This document shows positions 24,647-34,836 of a stretch of 64,000 nt of DNA, in pieces. Position 1 is the first letter of the stretch. The number at the start of each line of letters is the position of its first letter. The notes under the pieces were generated by a model, which searched no databases, was not told the DNA's origin, and saw nothing but the letters and a program-made list of their open reading frames with translations. A program made the position numbers and the translations under genes. Source of the DNA: a virus; IMG/VR virus record IMGVR_UViG_3300045988_130116; one strand, written 5' to 3'.

Positions 24647-27600
24647 TTGGCTGATGATATAAGAATTAGAGTCTATCCAACCGTTGATAAAGGACAATCA
24701 GCATCAGAGTTATCAAAAGTTATAGCAGATTTAGAAAAAAATGCTAAGAAAATAAAGGTTGGAATAGATGACAAAGAATTGCTTACACAAATTGAAAAAC
24801 TTAAAGAGCAAATAAATAGCTTGACTAAAGGGTCAAATACAAAAGGCAATTCTAAAATGTTTCAAGGCGAAGCAAAAAGTGCAAAAGAATTAGTCGCAGA
24901 ATATAAAAAGTTAATATCTGAAAAAGATAAACTTGAAAAGAAAATGTCTAAACAGACATATCAAGGACAGGCTTATAAAGCTTTATCTAAAGATTTAACA
25001 AAAGTTAATAAAGACATTGAATCAGTTGGTAGTAAAATTGATGCTTTAAATAAAAAGAATATTAAATCTGATATTACTTCTAGTTTAAATTCTTCATTTG
25101 AATCAACAATTAAAAAGGTAACTGAATTAGGAACTTCTATCGAAAATGCTTTAGGGAAACGTAAACTTGCAGGTAATCAAGTAGCTGATATTAAGACTTT
25201 ACAAAACCAAGTTGAAAAGTTTAAACAAGAAGCGAATCTTGAGAATATACTGAAAGCAGATAAACCATATGCTGAAATGTCTAAGTTAATCACTAAGGCA
25301 GATGAACTCTCTAGGTCTTTTAAGAAACTAGAATTATCAGATAATCTAGCTAGAAGTATAAGAAAAGCAGAGGCAGATGCGAGTATCCTTCAAAATAAGA
25401 TTAAGTCCTTATATACAAAAGGGTATGGAGACAACAATTCTATTGATAAATTATTTACTAGAGCAAAAGAATTAAGCAATATTAATATAAGAGTTAATGG
25501 TAAAACAGCAGAAGCAGATTTAATTAATCTTAATAATAAAATAAAAGATTTAGATACTGATTATAATAAGTTGGTAGCAGATATGCAAAGAAATAAAAAG
25601 ATGGATGTTTTCAAAATAAATGTATCTGCATCAATGAAACAATTAGAAGAATTAAGAACTAAATTTACAAGTTTAGGGAAAGACACATCTCAAATAGATT
25701 CTTTAAAAACTAAGTTAGAAGGGTTAAATAAATTAACCTTTGCACAGGCACAAGAAGAATTTTCTAAAATAAAAACTCGAATAAGTGAAGTGTCAGGAGA
25801 AATACCAAAGGCTACTTCTGCTATGAATCAATTTAATAAGTTGATGAATGAAAGAGCTTCTTTAGAAAAACAAATGTCTAAGACTACAAATAATCAATCT
25901 TATGCAGTTTTAAATAAGCAGTTAGATGAAAATTTAGTTAAGATTAGGAATGTATCTAAAGAGTTAGATGTATTAAAGAATAAGAATTTTGAACCAAATA
26001 TAACTAAAAGTTTGGCAGCAACATTTAATCAATTACAAGATTCTGCAACTAAAACATCTCAAACTATAGACAATATGTTCAAAAATAAGAATCTAACAGA
26101 AGGGCAAATCTCTCAATTAGAAGCTTTAAGAAAAGAAATGGATAGGATTAAGGGTACGAAATTAGATAATATTCTAAACGTATCTAATTCTCATGAGACA
26201 ATGTCTACGCTTTTATCTGACTTACAAAATGTAAAGAATATAGCGAAAAGTATAGAGATAAATGGTAATTTTAACTCAAGACTTGAAACTGCTTATAAGA
26301 AAGTAACAGATATTGGTTCAAAAATTGCTGATTTAAAAAATAAAGGATTTACTGATAGTCCTCAAATGGTCGCAGACATTGATAAGGTAGTAGCATCTTA
26401 TGAAAAATTAAAAAATGTAAAAATAAATATTAGTTCCGATACTGCGGTTTCAGAGTTAATGGAACTTAACCGTTCTATAGAGAAGACAGAATCAGAAATC
26501 CAAAGATTAAATAATGTTGCTAAAGCAAATAAGCAATCTTTTAAGATTGAAGCAGGTATAAGCGAATCTTTAAATAGATTGGGAGAATATAAACGTGTTA
26601 TACAAACACTAGGAGAGAATACTGCCCCTGTTACTGCTTTAGAACAAAAATTATTAAATCTACTTGATTTACCTTATGACGAGGCATCTACAAGATTAAG
26701 TCAGGTAAATAAAGAAATCAATAAAATGATTCAAAATGCAACTGGTATTAAATCTCAAACAGATGCTTTAAATGCCTTTAATAAGGCAATAACACAAAGA
26801 GATGCTTTAATTAAACAACTTGGAAAAACTCCTGTTGGGACAGAAACTTTTAAAGCTTTAGAATCAGAACTAGGTGTTGTTGAAGGTAAAATAAATACTA
26901 TAGCTAAATTGCTTCCTAATATAAAGATTACCGGAACTTCAACAGAAACAACTAAAGAATTTGCAAAATCTTTTGATAATGTACAAAAATCATTAACTAA
27001 TGCAGAGAGCAAATTAAATGAATTTGGTAGCAAAACTAATCTTACAAAAGGGCAACTGCAAGAATTACAAAGTTTAATGACTCAATTAGGAAATCTTAAA
27101 ATAACTAAATTTGGAGATATTTTAAGCAGTTCAGTTCCTTATAATGAAATGACTAAATTAATACAAAGCACAAGAGAATTAGAAAATGCTTTATCTAATT
27201 TAGGTAAAAATATTAATTTTACAGGAAAACTTGATAGTCAGTTTAATACTGCTATTAGTAAATTTAAGACTTTACAGTCTCAAATGGACTCCTTTAAAGT
27301 TACTAAAATGTTCGGAGATACAACTCAATTAGACAGATTAATTGAGAAAGCAGATAAATTATCTAAGACTAAAATAGATTTAGATTCAGAAGCAGCAGAG
27401 GCAGATATTCAAGATTTAATAAGATTAGCGAATGAATTAGAAAATGAATTTAAGCAAGTTAAAGAAGTTTCTAAAATTAATGAAGGAAACTTTAATTTAG
27501 AGACTGCTCTTAAAAATGCAAATGCAACATTAGACCAATTACAAAGAAAATATCAGTCTATGGGTAAAGATGTTACACCTATAACTAATTTAAGAAATCA

Positions 27601-28249
27601 GTTAAATGGGCTAAATGGGGTCTCTTTAAAAGAAGCGGACGCTCAAATCAGAAGTGTTACAAGTGAAGCAAGACTTTTAGATAAGGCACTTAGACAAACT
27701 GCAAGTTCTTCTAAACAAATGTCTTCAGCAGTAGCTACTTCTGCAAAGAAAACAAGTTCATTTGTCACTAATTTATATTCTACATTATCTACTTATTCAT
27801 TAGGTAATATTTTAGGTATGCAAATAACTAAAGGTATCTATGCAATAAAAGAAACTATTGTAGATTTAGATAGTGCCTTCAGAGATATGGAAAAAGTTGC
27901 TCCTGCTAGTTTTACAGGAACAAAAGAAGAGCTACAAGAAGTTAAGGAATTAGCGTTCCAAACAGGACAAGATGTTGCTAGAAGTTCTGTTGACATTATT
28001 AACTCGACTGCGGCAGCTTTCCAATTAGGTATAGATAATGTTAAACAAGCGATGGAATATGCAAAAGATGTAAATATGTATGCAAATGTCGCAGATGTTA
28101 ATGAGGAAACAGCCGATAAGTATTTAAAAACTATAGCATCAGCTTATGGTGGTGTAACAAAATCATTAGAACCTATGACTCAAAAAGTTAAGGGTGCTAG
28201 TGATTCTTATAATATGTTAACTGATTATATGGATCAGGCAAACAAAATT
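24647..28249 (+). CDS. tail tape measure protein, exon 1 (the unspliced ORF reads on to the TAA at 28253-28255)
   Basis: TTG start after AAAGGTGGTGA. 1201 codons of coiled-coil repeats end in ...LTDYMDQANKI(A), the first half of a TP901-type tape measure core motif. The second half (NNFAVTSGDIGEALQRSAS) resumes at 29047. Confidence 0.75.
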
Positions 28250-28687
28250 GCCTAATTGTCGAGAAATCGGCAATGGATTTACACAATTTGAATTGCAGGT
28301 AACTCCTAAAGCCTTGCACCACAATATCGGAGAAATCACGATATGAAGGTACGAAAGTAGAAACAACGCAAGGATAAGTATATGGTTAAACCCTAAGTAC
28401 TTAGATATGGTTAAAGTAATTACCATATCACAATGGATGTTCATGCAGGTAAGGTTCTAAAGTCATTAAGACCAAGAACAAACTTCAACGACTATGCCTT
28501 TGGATGTTGAAATACATCAATAGCAGTACGGCTCAAGCTAATGGAGTGGGTGAGAATCCCTTAAATGGAAGTGGATTGCCCCTAACACATAATGGTGAGG
28601 GTGAAGAAATAGTCTGGACGCTTATCGAAAGATAAGGAAGTTCATAAGAGAACTGTATAGATGTAGCGAATCTATATGAACATTACG
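28250..28687 (+). ncRNA. group I intron, copy 1 (no ORF)
   Basis: R-like element CTTCAACGACTATG (28483-28496) and S-like element GAAGAAATAGTCTGG (28603-28617). P7 is GACTAT/ATAGTC. Hairpins CTTATC-GAAA-GATAAG and TATAGA-TGTAGCGAA-TCTATA. Ends in G (28687). Boundaries are inferred. Confidence 0.7.
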
Positions 28688-28711
28688 AAACTATGCAGGT
28701 GAATGTAAATT

Positions 28712-29046
28712 AGTCGCCTAGTAATACAAGCGATTGTATTATTTAACCTTTTGAATTGACTGGGAAACCCTTAGAGACTTAATACTACAACATAGCTAGA
28801 AATGGCAAGTGTGAATGTTTGAAAAATTTAAGGATTGGGTAATCAGCAGGTAAGATTCCCTATTGTAAAATACAATGAGAATAAACTCCAACGACTATTT
28901 TCGGCAGAAAAGTACACTCAAGCGAGTGGAAGTGGAAGGCTCTTGTTTTATAACAAGATGAAGATATAGTCTCGACTTCTAGTGAAAGCTAGAGAAGTTC
29001 ATAAGAGAACTGTATGAGAAGTAGCGAACTCATATGAAGATAATCG
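28712..29046 (+). ncRNA. group I intron, copy 2 (no ORF), homologous to copy 1
   Basis: R-like CTCCAACGACTATT (28886-28899). P8 is CTTGTT-TTAT-AACAAG. S-like GAAGATATAGTCTCG (28960-28974). Hairpin TATGAG-AAGTAGCGAA-CTCATA shows compensatory changes relative to copy 1. Terminal G at 29046 lies directly before the in-frame AAC AAC TTT GCA.... Confidence 0.7.
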
Positions 29047-32000
29047 AACAACTTTGCAGTCACTTCAGGTGACATAGGTGAAGCATTACAACGTTCTGCG
29101 TCACAATTAAAAGCAAACGGCAATAGCATGAGTGAAGCCATTGGTATGATTGTTGGTGCTCAGGAAACAGTACAAGATGCTTCTAAATTAGGTAACGCAT
29201 TAAAAACTATAGCAGTTAACATAAATGGGGTTACTTATAATGCTAAAGAAGGAGAAGTAACTCTTAATAAAACAGCGAAGGCATTAAGAGAAGTAGCAGG
29301 AATAGAAACTGCTGACTTAGCAAAAGGTACTACAAGACCTTTATTCGATGTATTAAATGAATTACATGACAAATGGGATTCACTTAATGATGTTGAACAA
29401 AAAACAGTTACAGAAGCAATAGGTAGTAAATATCATGCCAACGTATTACAGGCTATGCTAGATAACTGGGAAACAGTATTACAATACGTTCAAGAATATA
29501 ATGAGGGATTTACTGTTGATTCTGCTAAACAAGAAAATGCTCGTTATATAGACTCCCTTGAAGGGAAAATAGTGGCATTAAAAGACCAATTTAGAGATTT
29601 TATAACAACTGTAATATCAAGTGATATGACTAAAGGGTTAATTACTGGTTTTGCAGAAGTTATGGAAATTGTAAATAAGGTTACTAAATCATTAGATAGT
29701 ATGGGTATGGCTCTACCTGCGACAATAGGGACTGTTGCAAGTTTATTTAGAACATTAAAGGCATCTGCTAAAGGAGAACAATTAACTCTATTTGGTAGTA
29801 GTTTTTATAATGACCTAAAGAAAGCACAAACCCAAACAAAAGTGGTAACAAACCAATTAAAAGATTCCTCTGGTACTGTAACAAGTATGATTTCTAAAAA
29901 TTCAAATAAACTAGCTGGTAATATTCAAACAAGTAATATGAGAATTCAAAAATCATTGGGGAGTTCTAATAAACAATTTAAAGTATACAGAAAAGATGCG
30001 ACAGGAAATTTAAAACAAATAAGTAATACATATAGTAGTGCAACAATAGTTGCAGAAGAAACTCAAAAGGGACTTGGCAAAACAGCAGGGTCAATGGTGT
30101 TAGCAGGTGCTAAATCTATGGCTGCGTCCGTAGGTATATCATTATTGAACGGAGCTATGATAACATTAGCCGCTACATTAATTGGTAATGTTATAGGAGC
30201 AGTAGATGATTATATTCATAGAACAGAAGATATGTACCAAAACACTAAAGAGAATATAGACAAAACACAAAAAGAAATCGGAGACTTAAATAGCAAAAAA
30301 AGTAGTTTAAAAAATATAGCCGATGATTTTGAAGAATTGTCAGGTAAAATGAATCTTACTAGCGAGGAAGCCGAAAAACTATCTCAATATAAACAACAAT
30401 TAGCAGAGATGTTCCCTGAGCTAGTGACTGGTTATGACGAAAACGGTGACCCTTTATTAGCTTTAAGTGGCAGTGCCGATGATTTAATTGAAAAACTAGA
30501 TATAGCAATTAAAAAGAAACAAGAATTGCTTAGATTAGAGGAAAAAGATGCTGCCAATGAAGCAAGTAAAATGGTTGGTAAATACAGACAAGACCAAAAA
30601 GGAAATGTAGAGGATAATATAAAAAGAAATGCTCTTACAAACCCTTTCTTTGATTATTCTGTATTTAGTAATGGATTGGCTAACTATGAAAAAGGATGTA
30701 AAAGATACGAACAGATTGCACAAAATACAGCTGATAAAATCGCTTCAATAAACAGTAGTAATTACGAAAAAAGTTCAAAATATTATTCATTAGAACAAGA
30801 CCAACAAAAAGATGCTATGAATGAAATGAACAGAAATGTTCGCCAATATAAAAACTATGCTAACCTTGGAGATACTCAAAAAGGTAAGTTAATAGAATTA
30901 ATGGGCATATATGACTGGTCAAATGAATTAGTTGCAGAAAACATTAATAAAAGAAATGACTTTTTAGCAGGGTTTGATAAAGTAGCCGATTATGCAGTAG
31001 ATAACTATGATAAAGTTGAAGAATGGAATAAAACACTTAATGCGGCTAATGATGCCTTCCAAGCAACAGGAAATATAGATGATTATAAAAAATCAATTTC
31101 CGGAGTGGCTGAAGAACTTGAAAAATTAACTGGAATAGATTCTAGTGAGTGGATTGAAAGTTTTGTTCCTCAATTACAAGGAAACCTACAACAAGATATG
31201 ATAGAGCTAAACGGATTCTTAAAGGGATTTGGTAAGAATCTTATGGATGTTAATTTAGGAGACGATATGGCTCTTCAACTTCAAAAACAATTTGATGACT
31301 TAAAAGAGGTAACCGATGAAATAGCGGGTAGTGACATTCCTATTGAAACAAAAATAGACTTAGTTACTAAAATAGGTAAAAATGATGACCCATTTGTTGA
31401 TTTACCACCTCAAATAAGAAATCTTATTCAAGGTATAACTGATGGCGGAGATAAGGTAACTACTACAGAATTAGAAGTAATAACAGCAATCTCTACGTCT
31501 TTTAAAAACACTGGTGGTATAGCAGATAATGAAAATCTTGAATTGATTAATAAGATGTTGAATGGGGAACTTACAGAGGCAGAATGTCAAGTAGGAATAT
31601 CTCTTAAAGACGGAAATAAAATAAGCCCTGAGATAACTACAGCTATAAACAATGCTCAAAAAGACAAAGATAATCAAATAAAAGTAGACCTAAATAAAGA
31701 TTATCTTAAAGAGCAACTTGAAAATATTAAATCTGAAATAAAGAAATATACTAAAGTAAGTGAAAACGAAAAAATATCAGACTTATTTACTAGCGGAACT
31801 ATTGATACAAGTCAGTTAGAATATGTAAATAAATTACTTGAAAGTATGCCTTTTGGAGACAAGACTGTTGATTTAATTTGTGAATTAGGTGGAGCATTTA
31901 ATAATGGGGAACTTACAAATTATAAAAGTATCATAGAATATTTGTTAGACCATCCTAACATAGCAAATAAAGTTGGAGTCACAGTTGTAGGAGAAAAAAC

Positions 32001-34791
32001 AGTAGATACTGTTAAAAATGAATTAGATAAATTCATGGAAACAGATGAAGAAAAAAAAATAGCAGTTAAAGTAGAGAATGGATTAGCGAAGGGCGACATA
32101 GTACAAGTAAGAGAGGCTTTAAACGAATTAGACGAGGAAAAAAGAGTTAAGGTCGTAAGTGATATAGTTGATGCTTTAGACGGATTAGATACTGTAGACG
32201 CTAGAACGATAAAAGAAAAACTTGTAAAATTCTTTATAGAAAAAGATGAAGTAGATGAAAAAACATCAGAAATAGAAGGTAAACCAGCAGAAAAATCAGT
32301 AGTATTTAAGAGCGAAAATTTCGCAGAAACATTAGGTCAAACTATTGAAATAGATGAAAAAGGTAATCCTGTTATAAAACCTATAAACTTCTCTACAAAT
32401 GGATATACAGACACAGTAAATAAAACTGATACTGTTACTCAAAAATCCAAACCTGAAACTAAAAAGGTTACAATGGATGGTAAAAACGGATATACAGATA
32501 CAGTAAACAAAGAAGATACTGTTACAAGAAAAGCTAAAAACGAGACTAAAAAAGTTACAATGGACGGTAAAAATGGGTTTACAGATACAGTAAATAAAGA
32601 AGATACCGTTACAAAAAAGGCTAAACCTGAAACTAAAAAAGTTACATTTATTGGTGCTATGTCAGACGGATTAAAGTCGATATTTAATAGAATAGATAAA
32701 TTTATACAAGGCGCAAGTATCCCTGTAAGATTTGGTAGTGTTGAAGGATTTAAGAATATTTCTGATACGCCTGTTGAAATAAACGCTCCATCTCCTCCTG
32801 TAACAGCTCAATCTGATGTTAGCATGAGTTCCGTTGACGGAGCATCTCCAACACCAACAGAAGGCACTGATGGGGTCTCTGCTACAGCATTTAAAGATTT
32901 TGGAGCAGTAGGTTCTAGCAAATCTACTAAAACAAAAATAGACATTACTTCTAAAAATTTACTTTATGCTTTAAAGAACGGCATTAATATGTTCCAAGAA
33001 TTAGAGAATAGAATTTCTCGTTGTACTAACCAACTAGCTTTATTAGATAAAAAAATGGAACGTGCAACTGGAACAGAAAAAATAAAGAACTTAAAGAAAC
33101 AAAATGAATTATACGAACAACAAGTTGGTTTACAAAAAGAATACTATGATTCGTTAATGGACGAAAAGAAAATATTAAGAGAGCAACTAAAGAAAAAAGG
33201 ATTTGCTTTTAATAATCAGGGAAATCTAATTAGCTATGAAGAAAAATTAGCCAAGATGCAAAAAGAATATGATAAATTAGAAAAAGCATATGATAAAGCT
33301 CAAAAATCAGAAAGTAATTATAAAGGCAAAAGCGACAAAAAGAAAAAATCATATAGCAAAGCTACAGAAAATGCAAAAAACAAGTTAGATAAATATAAAG
33401 AAAAATTAGACGAAACAAAAGACCTTACAGAAGAATATATTAAAATCCAATATACAGATTTACCTAAAGCCGAACAAGAATGGCAAGATATGAAAAATGC
33501 TATTGAAGAAAATAAAGATGAGATTGAAAAACTTCTATTAGAGGATAGACTTTATAAATTTAAAAATGGCGTGACTGAATTGTCTAACGAATTTAAAGTA
33601 TTAGGTAATCAATTAGATTTATTAGACGCAAAATTAGAATATGCTACTGGTAAAGAAAAGGTTGATTTATACGGACAAGAAATTGAACAAATTGAAAAAC
33701 AAAGAGCCAATCTTCAAAAAACAATAGACCAATATAATGAAATGGTAGATGTTTATAAAGATAGTTTATCTTCATATGGATTTAAATTTGATGATAATAA
33801 CAATGTGACAAATCAAAAAGAAATCTTAGACAAGTATCAAAACACAGACGATTTAGAAAAAGTGACGGATTTACTTGAAGAATATATAAAACTTCAAACA
33901 GATGAATTGCCTGATGCCATCGTTCAATGGGAAGAATTAGGAAATAAAATTAAAGATATCCAAAATGAAAAATTAGATATAGTAAAAGACATGGAAGAAG
34001 AAATCACAAAAGTATATGAAGATGAAATAGAAAAAAGAAAAGATGCAATAGAAGAAGAAAAAGATGCAAGAGTTAAGGCTTTAGAAGAACAAAAAAAGGC
34101 TTATCAAGACTATAGAAGCGAAGTTGATTATAAAGATGATTATAATGAACAATTAGATAAAATTAATAAATTAAAAAGTAAGATTTCTGTACTTGAAAGA
34201 GATACTTCTTTAGCTTCGAGAAGTAAGTTGCAAGAAGCTTATGATGAATTAGCAGAAGAAGAAAAGGCGTTAAAAGATATTCAACAAGACAGATTGGATG
34301 AAAAAATTGAAAATATGTATGATGATGAAATAGATAAAGCAGAAAAAGAATCAGAAGATAAAATAAAGGCACTTGAGAATTTATGGACGCCTGAAAAAAT
34401 AGCAGAAATGGTTACAAAGAATTTGTCTACTAATACTTTTACAGATTTAGATGGGAATGTTAAAAATCTACAAGATACGCTTATAGAATTTGCAGAAACT
34501 TCAGGAGACGCATTGGGTATAATGGGAGATTCTATTAAAAATGATTTAATTAATAACTTACAAATTGCAACAGATGTATTAAAACAATATACGGATATAT
34601 ATAATTCTTTAGGCTTAAAACAATATGGAACAAATTATAAAGATATGTATGACAATAAAAATCCTCGTAATACAAATCTTCAATTAGGAGGCATACATGT
34701 TAATATTCAAGGAAATCCTGACGAAGTTACGATTAACAAATTAACAAAGGCAATAGAAGAAGAATTTAAATATATTTCAAATAAATTATAG
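29047..34791 (+). CDS. tail tape measure protein, exon 2
   Basis: The frame of the 29128 ORF is open back to 29044. From 29047 it reads NNFAVTSGDIGEALQRSASQLKANGNSMSEAIGMIVGAQETVQDASKLGNALKTI, a tape measure core. A hydrophobic segment and long coiled coils follow. Confidence 0.75.
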   Translation, partial: NNFAVTSGDIGEALQRSASQLKANGNSMSEAIGMIVGAQETVQDASKLGNALKTIAVNINGVTYNAKEGEVTLNKTAKALREVAGIETADLAKGTTRPLFDVLNELHDKWDSLNDVEQKTVTEAIGSKYHANVLQAMLDNWETVLQYVQEYNEGFTVDSAKQENARYIDSLEGKIVALKDQFRDFITTVISSDMTKGLITGFAEVMEIVNKVTKSLDSMGMALPATIGTVASLFRTLKASAKGEQLTLFGSSFYNDLKKAQTQTKVVTNQLKDSSGTVTSMISKNSNKLAGNIQTSNMRIQKSLGSSNKQFKVYRKDATGNLKQISNTYSSATIVAEETQKGLGKTAGSMVLAGAKSMAASVGISLLNGAMITLAATLIGNVIGAVDDYIHRTEDMYQNTKENIDKTQKEIGDLNSKKSSLKNIADDFEELSGKMNLTSEEAEKLSQYKQQLAEMFPELVTGYDENGDPLLALSGSADDLIEKLDIAIKKKQELLRLEEKDAANEASKMVGKYRQDQKGNVEDNIKRNALTNPFFDYSVFSNGLANYEKGCKRYEQIAQNTADKIASINSSNYEKSSKYYSLEQDQQKDAMNEMNRNVRQYKNYANLGDTQKGKLIELMGIYDWSNELVAENINKRNDFLAGFDKVADYAVDNYDKVEEWNKTLNAANDAFQATGNIDDYKKSISGVAEELEKLTGIDSSEWIESFVPQLQGNLQQDMIELNGFLKGFGKNLMDVNLGDDMALQLQKQFDDLKEVTDEIAGSDIPIETKIDLVTKIGKNDDPFVDLPPQIRNLIQGITDGGDKVTTTELEVITAISTSFKNTGGIADNENLELINKMLNGELTEAECQVGISLKDGNKISPEITTAINNAQKDKDNQIKVDLNKDYLKEQLENIKSEIKKYTKVSENEKISDLFTSGTIDTSQLEYVNKLLESMPFGDKTVDLICELGGAFNNGELTNYKSIIEYLLDHPNIANKVGVTVVGEKTVDTVKNELDKFMETDEEKKIAVKVENGLAKGDIVQVREALNELDEEKRVKVVSDIVDALDGLDTVDARTIKEKLVKFFIEKDEVDEKTSEIEGKPAEKSVVFKSENFAETLGQTIEIDEKGNPVIKPINFSTNGYTDTVNKTDTVTQKSKPETKKVTMDGKNGYTDTVNKEDTVTRKAKNETKKVTMDGKNGFTDTVNKEDTVTKKAKPETKKVTFIGAMSDGLKSIFNRIDKFIQGASIPVRFGSVEGFKNISDTPVEINAPSPPVTAQSDVSMSSVDGASPTPTEGTDGVSATAFKDFGAVGSSKSTKTKIDITSKNLLYALKNGINMFQELENRISRCTNQLALLDKKMERATGTEKIKNLKKQNELYEQQVGLQKEYYDSLMDEKKILREQLKKKGFAFNNQGNLISYEEKLAKMQKEYDKLEKAYDKAQKSESNYKGKSDKKKKSYSKATENAKNKLDKYKEKLDETKDLTEEYIKIQYTDLPKAEQEWQDMKNAIEENKDEIEKLLLEDRLYKFKNGVTELSNEFKVLGNQLDLLDAKLEYATGKEKVDLYGQEIEQIEKQRANLQKTIDQYNEMVDVYKDSLSSYGFKFDDNNNVTNQKEILDKYQNTDDLEKVTDLLEEYIKLQTDELPDAIVQWEELGNKIKDIQNEKLDIVKDMEEEITKVYEDEIEKRKDAIEEEKDARVKALEEQKKAYQDYRSEVDYKDDYNEQLDKINKLKSKISVLERDTSLASRSKLQEAYDELAEEEKALKDIQQDRLDEKIENMYDDEIDKAEKESEDKIKALENLWTPEKIAEMVTKNLSTNTFTDLDGNVKNLQDTLIEFAETSGDALGIMGDSIKNDLINNLQIATDVLKQYTDIYNSLGLKQYGTNYKDMYDNKNPRNTNLQLGGIHVNIQGNPDEVTINKLTKAIEEEFKYISNKL
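32398..32658 (+). repeat. three in-frame tandem 87-nt (29-aa) repeats inside the tape measure gene
   Basis: NGYTDTVNKTDTVTQKSKPETKKVTMDGK, then NGYTDTVNKEDTVTRKAKNETKKVTMDGK, then NGFTDTVNKEDTVTKKAKPETKKVTFIG. Units start at 32398, 32485 and 32572. Confidence 0.9.
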
Positions 34792-34818
34792 GAGCTTTAA
34801 TTAGCTCCTATTTTTTTT
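34789..34818 (+). terminator. Rho-independent terminator overlapping the tape measure stop codon
   Basis: TAGGAGCT, TTAATT, AGCTCCTA, then T8. Confidence 0.8.
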
Positions 34819-34836
34819 ATTATAAGGAGTGATATA

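Noticed and set aside
28217-28444. 75-aa minus-strand ORF inside intron copy 1 as a homing endonuclease
   Set aside because: It is on the wrong strand relative to the intron. No LAGLIDADG, GIY-YIG, HNH or His-Cys motif is visible. It overlaps the exon 1 end. Both introns appear ORF-less.
29128-29130. ATG 29128 as the true start of a separate second tape measure protein
   Set aside because: The frame is open 27 codons further upstream. Those codons encode the missing half of the conserved motif (NNFAVTSGDIGEALQRSAS). No RBS precedes 29128.
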